A DNA stretch of 58,304 bases from Octopus bimaculoides (taxonomy: Eukaryota): positions 50,775,831 through 50,834,134 of the forward strand of contig NC_068984.1 in the NCBI RefSeq assembly GCF_001194135.2, read 5' to 3'. The notes below the pieces were generated by a model that was not told the DNA's origin, did no database searches, and saw only the letters and a program-made list of their open reading frames with translations. Position numbers and translations under genes: made by a program. Shown in pieces: positions 50,216 to 58,304 of this stretch. Positions within the stretch are counted from its first letter, which is position 1. Every line of letters starts with the position of its first letter.

Positions 50216-51029
50216 TGAAGTTTACGACGGCGCGACTTTGGCGCCTGTCGATCCACTTCTGTCCTTCCCCCATCCTCTCTCGCTCATTCCCTTTCTATTT
50301 CTCCCCACTCTCTCTCTCCTTTTCTCTCTTTCTCTGTCTTTTAAAGATTTGCTTAGAAGCTAGAAAATTATCATAAGCCACCGACAAGAAAGAGATCATT
50401 ACTTGGGCTGGTTTACCGAAAAAGCTAGTTAGTGTAGAAAATGCGAAAAGGTGAGATAAGGAAGGAAAAGAGGAAGTAAGGATGAAAGAGAGAGTTGCCA
50501 TTTGGGACTGGCAAGATAGTGAACTTTGACCTAAATAATACCTACCCACCCGTAATATTATCACCAAAACCACCAGCATCAAATCATTGTAGCGGCTTCC
50601 ATGTGGTTGCTTTTATGTTACAAATAATAATCAAATCTTCCTCAAATTAAACCCTAACTTTCTTAACAAGGAAAGACTCCTTAGTTGATGTGGGTTCTAG
50701 GCCAGAAGTAACCAATCTTTTTATGGGGTAGGAGCGCTAAGCAGTGATGTGTATAAATACAGTGAGATGAAAATTTTAAAATGTTGCTGGAGCACTTGCG
50801 TGGAACACTAAAAGAAAGTATGGTTTAAAGTAAATGTTAACATTTTCATTATAAAGTAAGCTTGAAAACAACAAAGGAATTTGGACTGACCAGAAAATTC
50901 AATATAGACTGTTGGAGTCAAATTTATAAAATTCGGTTTGATTGGAACTTTTAAGTCTGACAGCTGCTCATTTCATCAGTTGAGTAGATGGTGCTTGTGA
51001 TGTAAGTATTTAAACTATACGGTAGTCTT

Positions 51030-51303
51030 CCGAGGTCGACTTTGCCTTTTATCATTCCGGAGTCGATAAAGTTGTGCACTGAGGTTGATAAAATTAATTA
51101 GTCCGTCCACCCCAAATTTCAAGCCTTGTGCCTGTAATAGAAAGGATTATTAGCTAAGTCGGCGAGCTGGCAGAACATTTAGAGCGTCGAACAAAATGCT
51201 TTTGAGGTCGATAAAATAAGTAGCATTCAAGCATTGGGGTCGATGTAATCGACCATCCTCTTCACCCAAATTTTAGCATTATGCCTACGGTAGAAAGGAT
51301 TAT
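51030..51303 (+). mobile_element. Two tandem partial SINE family A copies
   Basis: GAGGTCGACTTTGCCTTTT...AGAAAGGATTATT, then GGCGAGCTGGCAGAA...GGGGTCGATGTAATCGAC...AGAAAGGATTAT. Confidence 0.8.
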
Positions 51304-51525
51304 AAAGCAAGCTCGAAAATAACAACAGAACTTGTACTGCGACGAGATTCAATACACATTGTAGAGTCAAATTTATAAGATTTGTTTTGACTGAAACGAT
51401 TCTGTGACAGTTTGGTGTGAATGTTACTGAAAGACTACTATTTAGACTGGTTGAATAAAGTATCAAGCGAAACTTAGCGTCCTGGAGAAAACAAATTTTA
51501 TGATATATTTTAGGAAAAAATGTTA

Positions 51526-51734
51526 GTTTCAAATTTTGGCACAAGGCCAGTAATTTCAGGGGAGGGGGTAAGTTGAACAGATGGATCCCAGTGTTCAACT
51601 AGTAATTATTTTATCGACTCCGAAATATGACAGGTAAAGTCAACCTCGGTGGAATTTGAACTACAGAACGTAAAGATGGATGAAATGCTAAGCATTTTGC
51701 CCGGCGCGCTTCTAATTCTGTCAACTCGCCGCTT
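51526..51734 (-). mobile_element. SINE family A
   Basis: Near full-length match. Confidence 0.85.
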
Positions 51735-52560
51735 TATTTTAGGAAATTATTTCTGAAAATTTTAGCTTACTTTGTTTCATCAACAACAATCATTGCAGTA
51801 AAATTATGAATAACACATTTTTTCAAACTTCAACGCATTAATATAGATTTTTTTCTAAAGCTTTATATTATATTTTTTAAACTTGCAGCGTTCTTAGATA
51901 TCCCTTATGATTCACCATTGCATCGTGGGGCACTGTTGGAGAATCATACTATCAGATGCTCTGAAAGAAAAAAAGATATAATAATCAAGGTTAAAATGCT
52001 CAAAGATTAGAATGCTCAATCAAAATTGATCAGAGGTAGAAAGCAGTTGCAAATCAAAATGTATTTGATTGCAATAAAGCCGTCATTTTGTTCAATTAAA
52101 TGATTAAAAAAATAAATTGTGCATTCATTTAGTTATTATAAGTAGAATCGCTGCCTGTGTATATAGATTGATATATCTAATTATTTATTTATCTTTGCAT
52201 ACAATCCCTCTGTCTATACTTCTCTCTATCTCGCTTACATTATATTTCTGTCACTATGTCAGACTATCTATTCATCAGTTATCTCTAAATCTAGCAAACC
52301 AACTAAAGACAGTCCACTAGCACAACATTAGCTTTGATGAGTAAAACAAACAAAAGAATCAAAGAACAATCACCAATATTGCAAAACTCCTGTAGTCAAC
52401 GTTTGGGTTTGCGCTTAACAATAAATATATATTTATAGCCAGTGATTGGTTTACAACGTCAGCGGTTAAAATTTTAAATGGATCTTATACAAGGCATAAG
52501 AATACACCTAAGACAAAAGTAAATTAACACACTATCAGTATGTTAATATTCTCTGCCTTT

Positions 52561-52778
52561 AAGGCAGCGAGCTGGCAGAATCGTTAGCACGCAGGGTGAA
52601 ATGCTTAGCGGCATTTCGTTCGTCTTTACATTCTGAGTTCAAATACCGCCGAGGTCGACTTCCGCTTTCATCCTTTCAAGGTCGATAAAATAAGTACCAA
52701 TTGAACACTGATGTCGATATAATTGAATTACACCCTCCTCCTGAAATTACTGTCCTTATGCCAAACTTTGAAATCAAT
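52561..52778 (+). mobile_element. SINE family A, full length
   Basis: A box TGGCAGAATCG (52573-52583), B box GAGTTCAAATACC (52635-52647), tail GCCAAACTTTGAAATCAAT. Confidence 0.9.
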
Positions 52779-53002
52779 TTTATCTGTTTTTTGCAAACAG
52801 AAATCCAACATCAACATATTATGTCGTAATCAAACAGAGGAATCCAACATCGATTTGAGAATAATATATATATTTTTTTATAATTAGATAACGCGACTTC
52901 GTATATTAGGTCCTCTTTTAAGAATCAAGAAACGAAAGTGGAATCATGGCCTTTACTTCACATTATTTAAATAGGCATGATGTGGGATACTAGTAGTTGT
53001 AA

Positions 53003-53224
53003 CATTGGTTTCAAATTTTGGCACAAGGTCAGTACGGAGCAGAGGGTAAGTCGATTACATCGAACCCCCCCCCCCAGTGTTCAGCTGGTACTTATTTTGT
53101 CAACCCCAAAAGGATGAAAGACAAAGTCGACCTCGGTAGAATTTCGACTCAGCACATTTAGACGGACGAAATGACGCTGATCATTTTGTCCGGCGTGCTA
53201 ATCATTCTGCCAGCTCGCCGCCAT
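53003..53224 (-). mobile_element. SINE family A, full length, with a 15-bp TSD
   Basis: Perfect direct repeat TACTAGTAGTTGTAA at 52988-53002 and 53225-53239. Confidence 0.92.
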
Positions 53225-54959
53225 TACTAGTAGTTGTAATATAAAATAACAGGATATCCAGTTATATATTATTTCGGAGGTGTACTTGCCAAGCAAGTGA
53301 TTGGATTTGAAACCGTGTGTTGAAGCTAAAATAATTATGGCGTGGAGGGCAGATAAAAGACATGCACAACTTAAATATTCATTATGTGGTGTCGAAATTT
53401 TTGAGGCACCAACTGCGACCTGTTTAATAATGCTGGTCCACTGCGTCTTGTTTGAGACGAGGATGTTGGACAGCATATAGAACATTAGGCCACAAATAAT
53501 ATATACATATTGTATTGTAGTTTTGTGTTCCGACTGATTTGGTATATCGCAAGTTTCTTTCTACACCACAGTATATATAAACAGTAAGATTCACATACGA
53601 TGCTTTTTGCCGCTTCTTGTGGTGTAACGTGTGAGAGAGAGAAAGAAAGAGAGAGACAGACAGACAGACAGAGGGAGAGATGGAGAGAAGAAGAGAGAGA
53701 GAGAGAGAGAAATAACGGTAACCACAAGCTTATATAATTTGTTTCTATGTACCTTTCATCTTTGTGAGTGTTTGAGACTTTGCATTCGATGTTCCAAGAC
53801 ATTACATTAAGTAGCTCTGTAATATAATGTGATAACTGGATCCTCGATTCTCCGATGTAGTTAAGCACCTAATTGCACTTGAAGCATCCACTGCGGAGTT
53901 CCAAACTATCACAATGGTGAAACATACCTAGGAATAAATGATATAAACTTGTGCTTACCGTAGTTTCTCCTATATTAGGTCTGTATACACTAACTAGTAA
54001 ATACTACTAGATATAGTAGTAAATTAACCACTATAACAGACGCAGACTGGACGATGATGGGCCACGTGAAGCACTAAATTTATCAGTAGCAGTTGCACAT
54101 CTGTTCTATTTGTACGCAAGACACACTACACTACACACACTCACACACACATATACAGTATGTATATAATCTACTCGAGAGACACTAGAAAATTTAAATT
54201 GATTTACATAATGAAGTAAATATGTAGCTTTACCAGACAGTTTTGTGGAAAACTTTAGTAATTTAAATTAACAACCATGTGATGTTAAAGTAACTATAGC
54301 GACACAGACTTCGTATTTATATGGGAAAAGTTGTCTTAGGTAAAGCAGTTACTAGAGAGCTCAGTAACCGTAGAAATATCAGATTTAGAGTGAAGTGTCT
54401 CCTCTATTTAGCTGTACTCACAGCATTATGTTATTGTTCTAAATCCGAGTTCTTTTTTTATTGAGCTCTTTGCAGATCGCTTCTCCCAAAAGAAATATCT
54501 TTACTATAACTGCGAAATATCCATATAATTACTGTAATAGGTCAGATACTATTTCTAGAGTTTATTTGAAATTCTATTTTTAATGTTGATTTTGATGATT
54601 CGACAGCCTTGTAAAGACTTTCGATTGTATTTGAATTGTGTCTTCAGTTGTTTCTGTACACTAGTAGTTTCTTCACTACAGTATATATATTGTGGAGAAA
54701 CAGTAAAATCCTCTCAAATGTCTTCGAATGTTGGTTCACTGATAAGATATCACCTATCGATATGTTTTTACGGGCGTCTGACTGGGCGTCTGCAATAATG
54801 TTCGGAGAATATATGAAATATATTTTATCAATATATAGCTTTTATTATTATTTTCATTGAGTTCTCTGTTTATTGCTTTTCGCAAAAGAAATATTTTCGT
54901 TCGAAAAACATAATGATATTTATTCACATATCTGTGTGTGTATATATATTTTTTAAATC

Positions 54960-55039
54960 TTGCCCAAGGTGCCACGCAGTCGGACTGGACCCGGAACCAT
55001 GTGGTTGGGAAACAAGCTTCTTACCGCACAGTCATGCCT
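54960..55039 (-). mobile_element. SINE family B head fragment
   Basis: TTGCCCAAGGTGCCACGCAGT...CCGGAACCATGTGGTTGG...TTACCGCACAGTCA. Confidence 0.85.
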
Positions 55040-55519
55040 ACATACATACATACATACATTAAATGTTTGTGTCTTATTTTCTCTCTGGTTTTTCTTGTCT
55101 TTCTTTGGCCACCTCACCAAACGCAGACGTCTGCTTCGTCTTAAATCTTTTAAATCGTTGCTGGATATCAAATGATATACAACGATAAAAGTAATAATAA
55201 CAATAATAATTATAAGTTTCGCTTTTGTTTACTTTAAAACAAATTTATACCTACTCGCCCCCCATTAAAAGCAAATACAGAAAAACGGAGATATACCGAA
55301 TTATAATTTTTTTAAAAAGATCTTAGAATAAGATAAATAAATATACAAGCATTATATGAATGAAAATAAATAAGGAATAAATGGCAATTGGTTACCCCAC
55401 CACCTCATCTCGTCGCCGACTTCCACATCTGAAATAATTATATGCCATTATTTGTACGCGACAAAATGTCTCCCATCAAATATTGGTGTGGTGGCATCGA
55501 CACTAGATGGGACTTAGTG

Positions 55520-55760
55520 AAGTATGGAGAGAGAGAGAGTGAGAGTGCAGAAGAGAATGTTGGAGAAAGAAGAGGGCGAGGAGGATAAAGGTGAAGAAGA
55601 AGGAAATAGAGGACATAAAATAGGTGGATACTGAAGTGAATATATTGACGAATAATGATAATAATATAAATAATAATAATAAGAAGAAGAAGAAAAAGAA
55701 GAAATTGGTAGGAAACGATAGAGAGAAGAAGTTAGGAAGATAGAAAAGAAAATAAAGAAG
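55520..55760. repeat. Purine-rich (GA/GAA/AAT) low-complexity tract
   Basis: Directly visible. Confidence 0.85.
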
Positions 55761-55989
55761 ACGTTGAAGAAGCCAAACATGAACGGACCACAAAACAGAA
55801 ATAAAGAAAAATGTGAACGAGAATAATAAACAATGTATTATGAAGCAAATAACAAGTGCAACATTTTTCCTTCTAAAGATGTCGGTCTCCTTCAAGAAAT
55901 CTATTTCAGTTCAGACACTACTGTTGGTATTCTATAAGGCATATCATTGGCTATTATCATAGTATTGGACACATACACTGGGGTGTATG

Positions 55990-56021
<32 letters not shown>

Positions 56022-56112
56022 TTACTTACAAAAAATACCTTAGAATCCATTACGAAAACCGTTTTATTGATTGGAAAATCTTGATGCACCAACATGCAAC
56101 AACCACTTAATA

Positions 56113-56323
56113 TTGGTTTCAAATTTTGACACAAGGCCAGCAGTTTTGAAGTAAAGTCGATTACTTCGACCCCAGGGCTCAGCTGGTACTTATTTTATTA
56201 GCCTCGAAAGGATTAAAGGCAAAGTCGACCTCAGCGGAATTTAGACTCAGAACGTAAGGACGGACGAAACGCCTTTAAGCATTTTTACCCGGTGTGCTAA
56301 CGATTCTGCTGGCTCGCCGCCTT
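56113..56323 (-). mobile_element. SINE family A
   Basis: Near full-length match. Confidence 0.88.
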
Positions 56324-56496
56324 ACCTGCAACCATATATTAACGTTCTGTTCACACCCTCTTTCTCTTTTTTCTGTTTCTATTCGAACAATTTTATTCTA
56401 CACAAGCACGTTTGTTCTTTTCTCCTTTACCCCTACAAAAGAATCTATCCTGTACAAAATACGTTTTCGTATTACTTCTTCCACCAAACTGAAATT

Positions 56497-57113
56497 ATGC
56501 TGGTTCTATGGAGGCCACTTGTACTCAGCCATTTGGACTATTGCCCTCAGCTATGGTCATCCTACAGTGTCAAATTAATAGCAGAACTTGAGGCGGTGTT
56601 AAACCAGGAAAATTGCATCAATAGAACAGATGAGCTACTGGAAGAAACTGAAAGAGCAATGACTCTATTGTCTGGAGCGAAGACGGGAGAGGTATGCAAT
56701 GATATATAAATGGAAGATCCTGGAGGGGCTGACACCAAACTTTGGTATTGATAGCTATATCAACCCCCGAACTGGACATCACTGCACTGTTCCAAAGTTC
56801 CCAGCTATCCCGTTTAGAGTGAGAACCATGTACTGCAATAGCTTGGGATTCAAGGGCCCACAGCTATTAAATGCCTTGCCAAATTATCAGAGCGATCTTC
56901 ATGGGGTGCTTGGTTTCAAGAAACAACTTGACCTCCTACTTTCCAAGGTCGCAAATGAACCTGTATCACGGCAAGAAACTCAAAAGAGGGTAGCAGTGTC
57001 GAACTCACTTCTTTAACAAAAGCCAATAGCATAAGATTGGCTATTGAAAAGTAATTACACTAGCGGTGCTCCAGCATAGCCACAGCCTTCGGGCTGAAAT
57101 GTGTAAAAGAATA
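56497..57113 (+). mobile_element. 5'-truncated CR1-type LINE with intact 3' tail
   Basis: LVLSHLDYCPQLWS, frameshift, LERRRERYAMIYKWKILEGL..NSLGFKGPQLLNALP..FKKQLD..KVANEP..SNSLL* (stop ends 57016), followed by a tail hairpin. Confidence 0.9.
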
Positions 57114-57114
57114 G

Positions 57115-57508
57115 AAGCTTGCCTTCCAACCACATGGTTCCGAGTTCAATCCCACTGCGTAGCACCCTAGGCAAGTGTCTTCTACTATAGCTTTGAGCTG
57201 ACCAAAGCCTTTTGAGTGGATCTGGTAGATGGAAACTGAAGGAAGCTCGTCGTGTATATATGTATATGCATGTGTGTGTGTTTGTATCTGTGTCTTTGTG
57301 TTTGCCCCTCCATCATCGCTTGACAACCGGTGTTGGTGTGCTTACTTTCCCTTAACTTAGCGGTTCGGTAAAGAGACCGATAGAATAAGAATAAGTACTA
57401 GGACTTTAAAAATAAGTCCTGGGGTCGAATTGCTCGACAAAAACACTTCTAGGTAGTGTCCCAGCATGACCGCAGTCAAATGACTGAAACGAATTAAAGA
57501 ATAAAGGA
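57115..57508 (+). mobile_element. SINE family B, slightly 5'-truncated
   Basis: B box GGTTCCGAGTTCAATCCC, central (TA/TG) tract, GGGGTCGAATTGCTCGAC, tail CCAGCATGACCGCAGTCAAATGACTGAAAC. Confidence 0.9.
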
Positions 57509-58023
57509 ATATATATATATATAATCTCAATTGCTTGTAGCGACACCGCAATTCTTTATGAAACCATAATATGCTACTAAGTATACAAAGAGCTTTTAAG
57601 TCAATACCGTGTCCTACCTGTGTTAGCTCAAGTAAGACACAATTTTGACTTCTAAATCTTTAATATACTTCGCAGTATTAATATACTGGTTGCATAATGA
57701 AATACGGTGTACCTACAAGAAGTTAATACGTCTGTATTCCAGCAGTTGCCAGGAATGCGTTAAATATGTATAATGGGTATATCCAATCGTGTTACACCGC
57801 TAAATATAGTGGCTACTTGAGCAATGGGTTCAAGAATGGTTAATGGGTTGGATGCAGTGTCGAAGATGGAACAATAACTCCTGAAATATGCATATACACC
57901 CATTAACTATTTTTCCAACGTCGATCGCATTGTTTACATAAAAATATTCGTATACGAGATGTCGAAACTTTCAGTGCTGGCTCTAATTTTTGTAGAAAAT
58001 CTTAGAGATAACTTCACAAAGTG

Positions 58024-58058
<35 letters not shown>

Positions 58059-58304
58059 TGTTAATTCTCTAAATGAAGTATTAACAGTAACTGCACGATA
58101 AAGTGTAGTATATTGCCACTTAAGTGTGGCAGACCCCTAGGGGTGGATGTTACTGTTGCTTTTAGCCCCAGGAGGACATCTCCTCCAGCTGGCTTATCGA
58201 CACACGACTGTGTCCTGTTTGCCAAGGGAGTTATCCCTCTCACCACGGCCAGCAGCACGAACGTATCCGGATTTCAGGGTTATTTCCCTTCGTCGGCGTT
58301 CGAC

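Noticed and set aside
50225-50250. GC-rich hairpin CGACGGCGC-GACTTTG-GCGCC-T-GTCG as a Helitron 3' end or terminator
   Set aside because: No CTRR terminus follows, and intrinsic terminators are not relevant in this eukaryotic context.
52561-52650. tRNA gene-like A and B boxes
   Set aside because: They belong to SINE heads; no cloverleaf or anticodon arm can be folded.
58130-58304. GC-richer sequence at the window end resembling a retroelement UTR
   Set aside because: It is truncated by the window edge and has no diagnostic motif I can support.

Overview
This is AT-rich animal (not prokaryotic) genomic DNA, about 90% non-coding, with nine N-gaps and dense microsatellites. The repeat content looks like a coleoid cephalopod such as Octopus; this is inference from repeat style, not a database result. 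The only well-supported host coding sequence is one 1343-nt internal exon on the + strand (43016-44358) of a TGF-beta superfamily gene, most like BMP3/GDF10. I could not find exon 1 or exon 3, so most or all of the window may be intron. The rest is a layered record of mobile DNA: two tRNA-derived SINE families, a third unclassified repeat, CR1-type, Hero-type and Penelope-like retroelement fragments, and Merlin-, mariner-, hAT-, piggyBac-, Harbinger- and Helentron-like non-autonomous elements. The most interesting observations are: (1) a LINE/SINE 3' tail hairpin supported by compensatory changes; (2) a Merlin-like MITE carrying a telomeric-repeat palindrome near its fold axis; (3) a zero-spacer fold-back mariner; (4) direct repeats flanking the BMP exon that show both the empty and the filled transposon site; (5) close inverted SINE pairs inside the introns; (6) unusual BMP3 prodomain and basic-tail architecture; and (7) a weak candidate antisense exon near 22.6-23.0 kb. 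I see no CRISPR array, rRNA or intact tRNA gene, and no evidence strong enough to claim a wholly new biological system.
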